Source: Macrostomum lignano
Lineage: Eukaryota
Assembly: GCA_002269645.1 (NCBI GenBank)
Contig: NIVC01004171.1
Span: 1-56,926, forward strand
Length of the DNA stretch: 56,926 nucleotides
Direction: 5' to 3'
Shown: one piece after another, positions 27,665 through 50,785 of the stretch
Layout: each line of letters begins with the position of its first letter
How positions within the stretch are numbered: position 1 is the first letter of the stretch
Notes under the pieces: generated by a model
Told to the model about the DNA's origin: nothing
What the model saw: only the letters and a program-made list of their open reading frames with translations
The model's database searches: none
Program-made: the position numbers and the translations under genes

Positions 27665-27940
27665 TGGGTTTTAACCCAGTGGTTAGAGTGTCTGACTCAC
27701 GACTTGAAGGTCGGGGGTTCGATTCCCGATCCCACTGGAACAATTTTTGTCCTTGAGCAAGACACTTAACTCTGCATTGCTTCAGTTTACCCAGCTGTAA
27801 AATGGGCACCAGTATCAGCTGGGGTAATTGAGGCTGTGTGTGGCGACCCTCCAGTCCTTCGACTGAACAGCCGTACGCAGCCTTCAGATACGCCGCGCAA
27901 TAGCTGCGGCTGAGCTGTCGGTTGCACATCTGGCCTAATT
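27665..27940 (+). mobile_element. tRNA-derived CORE-type SINE
   Basis: A-box-like CAGTGGTTAGAGTG and B box GGTTCGATTCC (27716-27726). Then GTCCTTGAGCAAGACACTTAACTCTGCATTGCTTCAGTTTACCCAGCTGTAAAATGGG, which closely parallels the MIR CORE (GACCTTGGGCAAGTCACTTAACCTCTCTGTGCCTCAGTTTCCTCATCTGTAAAATGGG). The 3' end is approximate. Confidence 0.8.
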
Positions 27941-28360
27941 GGGGCAGGTGTAATCAGTTATTACTATCATCATGCAAGTTAGGACTGAATTCTGATTGCC
28001 AAAATTGTAGTTGCAATAATTATCGTTTACTCTGATATTGCTTTTGTCAATCAAGTTGGCTTGCTTGGGATGACTGTTAATCAACTTAATTGGCTCCATT
28101 GTAATTATACTTTTACCCAGACGCAATAGCAAAATATTTTGGCCATTATTCCACAGTTTTGAGGTGCACCAAAGACATTTGGATTGAAAAAATCCATCGC
28201 ACAGTATTTCTGTTAATAACAGCAAGAAGTAAATGAACAAAAAGGGAAAAAATCAATAAAACTAAAGTACCAGCTACACGAAAACAGTTCATAATAAATG
28301 TCACAGCTAGTGCAGTTCACCAGTTTGTAGTCGAAATTTGACAATGTGAAAATCAATTTG

Positions 28361-28682
28361 TCACCCAAAGTGAAACATGCAGTTCTCAAAGCCGCCGTTC
28401 CCAAAGATGCTCGACACTTTAGCCTGATGATTTGGCACTGCAAAGGAGTTGGTCTATTTTGAATGGTTTCTATGAAAGAGAAATACAGGTGCTCAAGTTA
28501 TAGTTGCCGAACTTACCATTTGGAAGATGCACGTCTTGGTTGGCTTGCGACTGATGAGCTTCGTCTGATGAGCTTCTTTGGTACCGCAGTATCCAAGCTG
28601 GGATTTTTTGGGACTGTCGGCTGCTCGACTAAATCTATTGGCCGCTTTGAGGCATCGCTTATAGCCGTCGAGGCGTTGAAGA
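28361..28682 (-). other. Putative terminal exons of an unresolved minus-strand gene (ends ...SIFGNGGFENCMFHFG*)
   Basis: GTAAGT donor at 28516, CAG acceptor at 28438 (79-nt intron), and a TTTACAG acceptor with an upstream CTAAC at 28683. Frames do not join cleanly. Confidence 0.3.
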
Positions 28683-29595
28683 CTGTAAAGACTTCATGGG
28701 TTAGTTATCATGGGTTAGACTGACTGCTTTTAGCTTGTCACTTCTAAGCAGAAGCAATGCTACAGGGGTATTGGAGAGCGCGCAGAAGCCATCAATTATG
28801 AGTATTTACAAAAGAATTTATAAATTTTGTAGATTTTGCATTGCCTCCCTAATTGGGTATTGAAGGCACATTCAATTTTTCCCGAAAAACTCAAACCTTT
28901 ACAAGACAGAAACACAGAATTTCCGCTTTGGGAAGCGACTCCTCGCATGTAAAGACCCAGTAATTGTGCCTGCGGACGGAATCAGGGCCTGATGCTCTGA
29001 CGGAAGAGTCCGACCCCTCGTCACTTCTCTACTCAACCCCCCATCTCTCTGATCGTTTCCTGAGGTGCATTTAGCTTTTACGAGCTCTACAAACCTTTCA
29101 CTACTATTTTTACTAATAATACTATTATTACTACTAGCTTTTTGTTCACCTGCCATCAGCAAAAATTAGATGCTAGCGGCAGATGCGCCTGTCATATCGC
29201 TCTATCATTAATCCAAAAAGGAAACCTAAGCTGCTGCGGTGCTGTCAGTCGCGTTGGTTTCGGTTTCACTTATGATTTAACAGACAATCAAGGTTAGATT
29301 GCATGGAATTTAAATTATTTTTAGTACCACTAGATATGCCTGATTACAGGATGACTCTGCAGGGTTGCAGGTACACGCTGGGCGGGTCGTGATTTCAATG
29401 GCGATGACTTTGGCGATTATACTGTCAATTTTTGTGTCTTTAAGTCTCGGGATGCCAAGGCTCAGTACGGAGTCGCTTAGATGCTAAGAATCAAGTAGGC
29501 AGTTGTTAAGGTTAAGGTTAAAGTTTATTTAATTAGGATTAGGACTAGTTAGTATGCATCAAGCATAAAGAGAAAGGCTAAAGTTAAATAATCGT

Positions 29596-30405
<810 letters not shown>

Positions 30406-30575
30406 CATAGATAATAGCATAGTACAAATCAGTACCTGTCCTTGTTGACACCGTCCCACAATCAGTGTAGGCACTTCTGCCCATTCGGCTGTACACTGTA
30501 CACATGTACACTCTCTGCAGGAATCGAACCAGGGCTCGCGGCGCGAGAGTCAGACCGTCTACTCCTGTGCTGCTC
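30406..30575 (-). mobile_element. tRNA-headed SINE-like sequence running into (TATC)n
   Basis: Minus strand reads GCAGCACAGGAGTAGACGGTCTGACTCTCGCGCCGCGAGCCCTGGTTCGATTCC (tRNA-like, B box GGTTCGATTCC), then ~110 bp of body, then TATC repeats. Confidence 0.5.
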
Positions 30576-31568
30576 TCCCCCATGCTTGATTCTTTATACG
30601 CTCGTAGTTTGCTAAATTGTCACGATCGCTAACTCGCAACAACACCTAGCAAAAGCATTTAAGCATCGGCGCTGAGTGCAACGACAAATTTTTTATAACC
30701 GTAGCTGTAACTATCAAAGCTATTTATTAGCCAGCTGTTTACAAGCCGATTGAAAGAATTATTAGTCCATGGTACGGTCTACAATAAACTCTGTCTACAT
30801 GCAGTCAACAACCATCTGTGCTGGCAATCAGAAACTCTATATAATTTACGGCACGCAAAGCCAGCCAAATTTACAGTCTGAAACTGTCTTCTCCTAGAGG
30901 AAGTTCCCATCCTTGCGGAGGCCCGCACGCTCCGGTGACCCCCCGCCGCGCCCAAATCCTGGTTGAATGCCCAAGAAAACATCTCCTTAGCTGCTGCCGC
31001 TGACTCGCCGTCGTCACTGCGTCTGAAATGTTTTCAAGGAACTCGAAGCCCGGCCCAACTTCCTGAAGTTGAAACCTCTCCATGAGTATCAATACATGTA
31101 TGGCTAATTCTTCTAAGAGAAAAACTATGCTTTAAGAAACTGTTTGACTTCTTTTGAGCACAATATATTTTCCGTATTCAGATCGTCCAGTTTGGTTGAG
31201 GTTTAAGGTTTGGACGCTTTTAGGTTTGAAATCTGGACAGGAAACACAGCTCTGACTATCGGGTTATTATCTTCTACTTTAGGTAAGAATGAACTGTTCT
31301 CGTACCGGTAGATGGTGGCAAAACTCTGCATTCCCTATTCTCAAAAAGTTGAAAGCTCGCCTCGGTAGCATCAAGGATGAGGGAGCTGGAGCTCGCTGTC
31401 TCAAGTGATTGCTCTGTTCAGTCTAGCTTTCTTCCGAGAATAAAAATACCAAAAAGAATTCAAGCATGTGTCGTCAAGAAGTAGATTTCACACAGTGACT
31501 CACCTGCAAGTTTTCGGTGAGCTGAGCAGCATTTCAGTCAATTGTTTTCCACCAGATCGCCAGCTTCT

Positions 31569-31830
31569 CACACAACCCACACATCCCACACAACCCACAC
31601 AGCCCACACAACCCACACAACCCACACAACCCACACAACCCACACATCCCACACAACCCACACAGCCCACACAACCCACACAACCCACACATCCCACACA
31701 ACCCACACAGCCCACACAACCCACACAACCCACACAACCCACACAACCCACACAACCCACACATCCCACACAACCCACACAACCCACACAACTCACACAA
31801 CCCACACAACTCACACAACCCACACAACCC
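31569..31830. repeat. 9-bp tandem repeat (CACACAACC)n
   Basis: Direct reading. Confidence 0.95.
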
Positions 31831-33178
31831 AATCACGCTTCAGCAGCGCAAATGCGTCTTCAGCATTTGGGAGGACAAGCGCGATTGGCACTGGCTTGAA
31901 GGATCGTGCGCTGAATTCCTTAAGGTGTCGAGTAAATTCATTCTATATTTTGGGAAATTTGGGAAATAACGTTTCTCAACACTCAATAACCTGCGTTTAT
32001 CTTGCAACATCTTTCCTACTCCGTAGCCCAGTAGGGTAGAGCAGCAGGGTAATTCCGGGGTTGCATCTTCTTGACGAGCGTCCGGGGCGAGACAGGCCGG
32101 TAGATCACATGGGCCATGCTGAGAACCAGTTCTCGTAGATCTGTCTCCAGATGTTACACCTGTCTCCAGTCAGTCTTTGTCTTCTCCGCCTTCTCTTTAA
32201 TGCTTCTGATGCTGCTGTTCCTCTCTTCACTCCGACCTTCGGTAGGTTAGCTTTGAATAAATGTGTAATTCATTCTGAAAAAGAGGCTTTGAAGTTTTAT
32301 TAAAACTGTTTGAGAGTCTCTTGCCTTGACTTTTCACTCTCGAATTTTAGGTCAGACGGTCTCAGTTCTCATACGAGTATACAAATTTGCCGCTCAACTT
32401 CCGCCTACCCGGTCCTTTAACAGTATTCGGGTCATTTCCAGCGTTATTTGAATTCTTACTGACTTTCCCAAAGCAGAAGCCGGGAGACCTTCAGCTTCTT
32501 CTGCTGCAGAAATTCGATAAATTCACTTTATCCAACGGCTCCCACTGAATCCCCTACAGAATGCATGCTGAATCAAGGCCATTGTGTTCGAAGATGTGAT
32601 TGATGTACCCAAGAGTTCCAGCTGTCAAACACTCGAAAGAACGTTAGATTGTCTGGAAGGATGTTCCATAGACTGTGAGCCCTGCTGGGCATCAGATGAA
32701 CTCATTCATGGTTTAAAATATATGCATGGTAGGGACAGAAGATTACATCTGAGAAGGCTGCAGACAGAACAAAATTTTCCCATCACTGTCTCTGCGCTCA
32801 TCTCAGTGACGATGCCATCTCCCACAGAAAACCCTACATCTCACAAAGAGGCAGCGAATGTAAAAAAAAGAATTAAGCAGAAACCATCAGCAACTTGGTG
32901 GCAGTGAAATTCAATGGGTCTGCAGTAAATGGAATTAACTGTATGACGTCAACAAAAGTACCTTTTTTCAATGCAGGTTTGTAGAGCGGTCCCTGAAATG
33001 AATTGGGAACTGCAATACAATTTGCCCAAACTGTTTTCTATCCAGCAGAATGGGACGAAAAGGCTGTTCTGATCTTGCGAGAGAGACTGCAAGCGCACTT
33101 TAAGAGAGCATATCAGAGTTGGAAGCCTTGTGCGTGCATTTGCATGCTTTTTATGGCATGAAGGATACTTGCAGCCTG

Positions 33179-33493
33179 CGTCACTCATGAACTCACTCAT
33201 GAACTCACTCATGAACTCACTCATGAACTCACTCATGAACTCACTCATGAACTCACTCATGAACTCACTCATGAACTCACTCATGAGCTCACTCATGAAC
33301 TCACTCATGAGCTCACTCATGAACTCACTCATGAACTCACTCATGAACTCACTCATGAGCTCACTCATGAACTCATGAACTCACTCATGAACTCACTCAT
33401 GAACTCACTCATGAACTCACTCATGAGCTCACTCATGAACTCACTCATGAACTCACTCATGAACTCACTCATGAACTCACTCATGAACTCACT
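33179..33493. repeat. 12-bp tandem repeat (TCACTCATGAAC)n
   Basis: Direct reading. Confidence 0.95.
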
Positions 33494-33875
33494 CTTGATG
33501 CCACTCGCAGATGTCCTTGAAAGCACGCATGTCTGGCCAACTGAATTCACAGAAGCGGACTAGCTAGTGCCAGCGTGGACCAGACTGTCAGGGGTCATTT
33601 CCCTGTTTACCGTTTCCCTGTTATCGATAGTAAAAAATCAACTCGCAAATGCCAATGACCCGCCGCGGCACTGGCCGAGGGAACAGCTTTTGACATAGAG
33701 TATATGACACCCGCGCCGCACAATGCACTGCATGCCTTCCTGTTCCGCTAAAACAACTTCATTAGCCTAAAGGAAAAAAAATGCGACACAGGTCCAAGCC
33801 ATCGTATTGGGGTGGGCCCCAAATTAGGAAAGTGACATCGGCTCTGCCCAGCTTGGCAGCACGCGACACAATTCA

Positions 33876-33932
33876 GCCAATAAACTCGCGAGCTGAGGAG
33901 CCAATCCGGCAGAACCACACGGCGGCTATAAA
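33876..33932 (+). promoter_or_regulatory. CCAAT/TATA core promoter upstream of a signal-peptide exon
   Basis: CCAAT at ~33877 and 33901; TATAAA at 33927-33932, 116 nt before ATG 34048. Confidence 0.55.
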
Positions 33933-34047
33933 TCCAGCACGTCCCGGACAAGCTGGCCCGGCCGCTTTCGGCTGCGAACAAACGAGTTGGCGGCAAGACT
34001 GGGTCCATCAAAGATCTCCGAGCTCGATTTCTGAATTAATTTCAAAA

Positions 34048-34131
34048 ATGCCCGCCAGGCTGCTGTTGGCCGCCGCCTGTCTTCTGGCCGTCTGCCTGCC
34101 GGCTTCCGAAGGATTTCGAATTGTCGCACGG
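34048..34131 (+). CDS. First coding exon of a small secreted protein (MPARLLLAAACLLAVCLPASEG/FRIVAR)
   Basis: CAAAAATG start context, a classical signal peptide with an A-S-E-G cleavage region, and a CGG|GTGAGA donor. If unspliced, the ORF ends at 34302. Downstream exons are not established. Confidence 0.6.
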
Positions 34132-34485
34132 GTGAGAGGGCGGTCCCGGGGGCAGAGCAAGGAGCTTAATGTGCGCTCCCAGCAAACTGAGAAATTTACT
34201 CGTAAAGCGAAGTCCCTCCTGAGTAGCTGGGAACCGAATTTCACAGCCAGGAATTTATATTTGCGTATTGCTGCAGGCAAAGACCAAGTGCCGTCTTGTT
34301 GATCTCAAATGTTTGAATAATTTTGAGCAAGTCTCTAGGGAGGTGTCAACTGGGTGCTCAGCAATTATCTGCACAAATATTGACTCAACTGGGACCAAAT
34401 GCAGACGCTAGAAACTGATGAACTTTTCACCCCATCAATTTTAGACGCATCACGGAAGCAAACTCGCCAGCAGCTTCAAAAAACG

Positions 34486-34916
34486 GCAGGTCTACTTTGA
34501 TCCCATCGACAACCGGAAGCGACAGGTCTACTTTGATCCCATCGATAACCGGAAGCGACAGGTCTACTTTGATCCCATCGACAACCGGAAGCGGCAGGTC
34601 TACTTTGATCCCATCGACAACCGGAAGCGACAGGTCTATTTTGATCCCATCGACAACCGGAAGCGACAGGTCTACTTTGATCCCATCGACAACCGGAAGC
34701 GAAAAGTCTACTTTGATCCCATCGATAACCGGAAGCGACAGGTCTACTTTGATCCCATCGACAACCGGAAACGGCAGGTCTACTTTGATCCCATCGACAA
34801 CCGGAAGCGACAGGTCTACTTTGATCCCATCGATAACCGGAAACGGCAGGTCTACTTTGATCCCATTGATAACCGGAAACGGCAGGTCTACTTTGATCCC
34901 ATCGACAACCGGAAGT
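34486..34916. repeat. 36-bp minisatellite (CAGGTCTACTTTGATCCCATCGACAACCGGAAGCGA), ~12 copies
   Basis: Direct reading. Confidence 0.95.
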
Positions 34917-36257
34917 GATTAGCGATTGATAATCTGATGAACTTTCACACAAGCACACTTTCGAGTGCAAAATGATCTCCCAAAACTGAGGGCACGAATG
35001 GTTACAGAAATATAGCGAATGAAGGCTCCTGGTGTTTCAGCAGTTACTGAGAGCTTGTCCTTGTACTGTTAGTCGTATTTCATAATTCCGTGCTGTAAAC
35101 TATTCGCAGCCGGAAGATGAGCAATCTTTCAAAATAATCAACCTTGACAGGTGCCCACGCAAACTTTCTCTGGACAATTGTCAGGCCGTGAATCATTTGA
35201 CTATGAGCCAGAAAACTCACTTCATTTTCCTATCTAACTTGGCCGTAGGTGCGACAATAATTCATCATTCTGGCTTCCGGGTTCGTGCAGGGCGAGAGTA
35301 TTCGGGTGTGCAAGACTGACAAGGGAAATGGGAGGACATTGTCTGCTAATTTATGACAGATGATGGCAGCTGGGATCGTGAGCCGCAGAATGAAAGCAAC
35401 TGGGGATATGCTCTGCTGACTGGGGATAGATCGACGTGAAAAATGGTTCCCAGGATCGACATGCAGTAAATAACAACTTAAAGTACACGGAGAAAGAATT
35501 CAACCGAGGGTTCTTGTCAGCTTTCTTAGAAAACGGTTGGCAGAAATTGACAAAGAAAATTAATTGGAGAATTAAAGCCCGGAGAGGGGATTAAATAGAA
35601 GCTTAAATGCGCCTCGTTTCAGACTCATATATCAAAGGGAAGTTGTATCCCGGATTAACAATGCCTTTGACTTTCAGACAAATCAAAGAAATGGAAGAGA
35701 TTTGAGCAATGAGGATGCAACTCCAGAATATCTCCCTGCGCGTTAATCAAATATGCGAGCTTTCTGCAATCCAGGCGGCAGTCCGTCAGTTTCTAAAAAT
35801 AGCTCGTAAACTCGTTCGCTCTCATTTAGAAGCTCCTACCGAACCATTGAAAAATGGGCTTCGTTCAAGTTGATCGTTTAACTCTTAGTTGGAAAACATT
35901 GTCATATTTTTGGAGTTGGCGGATACATGTGCTCAGCAAAAAAAGTTTGGCTATCAAAAATACCGGCTGCCAAAATTTTGATTCCTCTGAGTACTACAGA
36001 AAACTTTTTATCTGAGATCCTTATCATACTACTTGCTCTTTAAATCAGTAGTATAGTTACTATTTACGTTTATTTTTGCGTTTTTTTAGATTTATTTACT
36101 CGTTATCATGCAACTGTTATGTTTTTGCAAAGTATTGGTGCGGAGATTTGGGAGTCGGGACTGTCCAGAGCTGGCCTGGAGGTCCTGGGGAATCAACAGG
36201 TCTCGTAACCTGATAAGCAGAGAGACTAAAAACTAAGAACAACTGCAAGCTTTAAGG

Positions 36258-36335
36258 CAGGGCTCGGCAAACTCCAGCCTGCATGTGGGCCACATGCGGA
36301 CCGCAAAGCCTCTCTATCCGGCGTTTGAGTCCTCC
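36258..36335 (+). mobile_element. hAT/Charlie-type MITE left end (relic)
   Basis: CAGGGCTCGGCAAACT...GTGGGCCACATGCGGACCGC resembles common hAT MITE termini. No matching right TIR was found. Confidence 0.3.
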
Positions 36336-36759
36336 GAAACTTCGCAATAACAATCTCTTCTCTGTCCTCTTCTCTCCTATCTTCTCCGATCTCTTCTCCT
36401 TTGTGAGGGGCGCTTTTCCTGTGTATTTCATAGTGGCTTAGGAAATAGCAGCGTGACTGAAGGAGGCGCGGGTCGCCAAATTTAAGTCAGTCAATAGCCA
36501 GATCAATAGCCAAAAAACGCGTAGGGCCCCTTGTCTTGACCCTCAACGGTCGTTTAAATACACCCAGCAACATTAAAAAGTGTCCACGTCTGCACAAAAG
36601 GCTACACTAGCTGGAAGATTAGGGATTGAAAGGTTTTAACTATGTTTGGGCCATAGACAATCAAAATAAGGCAACAAAGAAAGAACTGCGAAACAAGTCC
36701 ATGCCCATTTCCACGCTGTGTACGTGTCTAAAGCACAGTCAGTTACAGGTATAGATAGC

Positions 36760-37050
36760 AACCACGAGCATCCAACAGACCGCTCACTCGTCGAGTCATT
36801 CCCGAACAAGGCGCCGCAGAAAGTCTTGTGGAAGCTGTTGCCACGCGACTGAAAGCGCATTGCGCAGCTGGACCATGTTCTGGGGGGATGGAGATTGTTA
36901 CAACTAATCGTGCGCTTCAGGAAATCCCACACGTGCTCAATCGGGTTCATACCCGGTAATCTGGACGGCCAACGCAAAGTGCGCCAATCAGTCATTTGGC
37001 GGACTATCGTTGTCACCTGCGTCCAGATGCCTCCATGTAACTCCTGTACA
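36760..37050 (-). pseudogene. Tc1/mariner transposase C-terminal fragment, frameshifted
   Basis: WPSRLPGMNPIEHVWDFLKR (cf. WPxxSPDLNPIEHxW), then in a shifted frame QLRNALSVAWQQLPQDFLRRLV followed by a premature stop. Confidence 0.78.
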
Positions 37051-37826
37051 CTCGTTACTGTAACGCTTTTCCCTGTGACACCAAATATCGGTCTTTACTT
37101 TCCTGCCCTTTTTTGCTTATTTGTCGATGGCCCAAAACCAATTGGCGAAACCATCGATCGTGCTGCCCATGGATCCTTGGCGCAAGGGTGGGCACTTTTA
37201 AATGTTGCTGAGTGTACGAGCGTATATGAGGTGCTTGCGTACTTTTTGACACTAGTTTAGTGTGTTTTTTGTACTATGTCGCCGATTAGACGTCTTGGTT
37301 CAGGCTGGCTGGTGGTGCGCCCCAGACTAATTAAGGCTTTTGCCTTCCCCCCTCTGTCTGGTGTGTTGGTGTCGCCAGCCGATTGGTTGAGCCAGAAGAA
37401 GTCTCTCTCCCCTCTCTCCCCCAGTTTGTTTGTGACCCGCCCCCCTCCTTTGTCCTGCCTATCAGCGCTGCCCTGGGGCGGTTTTCTAGCCACCCGGCTC
37501 TCTATATACCCAGTATTCAAAGATAGTAGACCGACTCGACTGATTCTCACGATCTCTGAAGGATAGGAACTCTGACTCTGTGTTGCTCCTCTCCTTCAAC
37601 TGGCGGGCCACGTGATCCGGGCCGAGGGCTACTGCTCCCAACTTGTTCAGAACGTCCTGCTGCTTACCTTGCAGGGCCTGTTCAGGCGAGGTCAGGCCCG
37701 AACCCGTCGATACGTGGAGTGCCTGCTATGCAGCGCTGGGGCGCCCGACACTGCCAACGGGGCGGACTTTGTGACATGCTGACGCGCCCTGCCCTTACAC
37801 TGTGACTTGCATGCGGGGCTGCGTAA

Positions 37827-37881
37827 ATTGTTGTTGTTGTTGTTATTGTTGTTGTTGTTGTTGTTGCTGTTGTTGTTGTTG
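37827..37881. repeat. (TTG)n microsatellite
   Basis: Direct reading. Confidence 0.95.
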
Positions 37882-40181
37882 TCCTTTCCGGAATTGCCAG
37901 ACCGGTTATCACAGTAGCATCTGTCAGCACGTTTCAACGCCTGAATAGTATAAATTACTAATTACTGGAAGTTTGAATAGTACTGGGACCGGGCACCGGG
38001 GTCTCGAACCGACTACAGTCGCTACAAATACAAATAAAGCCTCAACTGGGAGGTGCATAAAGTTAAGAAAGGGCGGGAGGTTGAGAGAGTGAGAGGGAGA
38101 GCTCAAGCGTCAGCCAATCAGCGCAGACAAGCGAAGCTTAGAGTGGACTTAGTCAACGCATCAAAAATAGAGAGACAGATGACAAGGGGCAGCGAGAAAG
38201 TTGGCCAGCAAATCAGCGCGAGAGCGAAAGGGGGCGGGGCCGACCTAAGCCAGCCAGACAGCCAGACTAGCACTGACTCAGACTGATCCCAATTCTCACG
38301 CTTAATAGTACAAGCAACCCTGACATGCTAGATAATAAAATAATAAATATTTGAGCTACGGCAAATTACAGTGCTCGCAAGGCCGAACGAAACCAGCCAG
38401 AGGTCACTTGGACGGACCAGGTCGGGCGGGACGATACAGTGGGACGTTGGTGACTCGATCGTCGTTGATCTTGAGGCGGCACGCAGCAGGTCAGCATGCT
38501 GTTTGAGCGAGTCCAAGTCTAACCGTTGCAAAGCAGGATGGTCTCGACTACCGCCTGCAACAACGCCGCCCTCTGTAACGACAGCAGGACCAGCCTCACA
38601 GAATGAATGCCAGCCCAGGCCGCATATCCTCGCAAAAGTCGGGAACCAGCCTGTTGGAATTATAAACAAACTGCTGACATCCCGGAAGTTCTTAGGCAGA
38701 AGATCGAAGCCTGGATGCCGTAACGACGGTCTTCTGTGTGTTGACCAGCAGGCAAACGTATGAAGTATTGGCGTAAGTACTTGTACAAGCTACAGGTATT
38801 TTGGAGTCACAGGCAATATACTTTTACCGACGCATACTTTTATCCCAACCCAAGGTATCAATTAATAGCAGTAACTGCATTTAATAGCTAAAAGCTAACA
38901 AACTGATCAAATGCAAAAGGCTATATTATACAAGCAACTTACAACAGGTATCCAACGTCTGCATGATTAGCGCCAGGTGCGCACAGGGTTGCATAGCTTA
39001 TTCGTTGCTTTAGTCCGCCATCCCGGCTCGCCCGGGTGTCGCCAACATGGCAGTGCTCAGTGGTGGGAGATATTGAGCACAGAAAGATACCGATGCGATT
39101 GAGGCGTCCACGAAATGCCAAAACCTTCTCAGTCTCAATGTCTGAACGTAATGAGGCGAGCAAAGTGGGCAGCGCTTGGAGCAGTATGACTATATGATGA
39201 TACTTTTCGGTTAAAATAACGGGCGAGGCCGTTTCCGCTTCAACGCTGCTGATAAGGTGGGGATATGGGGATTGGGTCGGCTGGATCCACGAAATAAATT
39301 TGATAGCGAGGCCTAATTGCTGCCTCTTGCCGTCCCGCCTATCGAAGGCGTCGGGTTCCCCTTTTGTGGCCATCTTCGCCTCATTTGCAGCGATCTTGTG
39401 CTTCCCACATTTGCTTCTCGCCCAAAGCCGGAACAAAACGAGTCTGCTTTGTTGTTTCGTTTTGTATGTTTTTGTGGCTTTCCAACTTCATGTTTCTTCT
39501 TCTTTAACTTCCTTCAGCTGATTCAAAAACCGGAAGCGACAGATTTGCAACACCACTGATTCTCGCGGACGACGACGTTGGAAGCCAGGAATCGCTGAGG
39601 AACCAGGAACCAGACTGTCGACATCACGGAAGGATGTACCACTCAAAAAATCAGCTTTCCACTTTTTTAATTTTTATTTAGCTGGCAGTTGACCTCCTTG
39701 ACCTCTTCTGGCCTCTCCTATCACAATTCAACAATAATCTCAAAGTCAAACGTCAGTGGCAGCTTGCCTTATCTGCCCCGGTCCCCTCCCCGTTTCTTTG
39801 TCCCTTGCCTGCAGGATTACGGTAAAATGTAAAAAAAATTGTTTAACTTCAAATTGGTTTAACCAGACGAAAGCTATGGTGCGAGCGTAAGAAAGAATCG
39901 CTAATCCAAATCTGTTTCAGGGTCTCCTTGATGGAGTCCACGCAGAGAGAGAGCCCCAGGCCCAGCACCCAATCAGCGATCGATCGCGCGCCCATTGGCT
40001 GGCCCTCTCAGGGTGTGGAGAAATGGCCTTAATGGGGCCCGAGCCAAGAGTGGGCAACGGCATAAAGCTCTTCATTTCACCTTAGCCTGAGAAGTAAACA
40101 AGACACACCTGCAAACTGAAACCAGGGAAGTCCGTGGAATCCACAGCCGATCAATAACCAGCAATCAGCGCGGCCTTGCAG

Positions 40182-50714
<10,533 letters not shown>

Positions 50715-50785
50715 GTGAGAGTCCAGATTCTTGAGACGCCTGGATCCGAAGTTTGATGCTTTTCTGTACGATAAAATTCAGAGAA

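Noticed and set aside
27670-27735. Functional tRNA gene
   Set aside because: No complete acceptor stem or terminator; it continues into a SINE CORE.
37260-38290. Second LTR or DIRS terminal repeat
   Set aside because: It has promoter-like words and AATAAA but no defined boundaries, TSD or convincing inverted match.
38328-39559. Several 80-165-aa ORFs
   Set aside because: No recognisable motifs or consistent splice model; overlapping ORFs on both strands.
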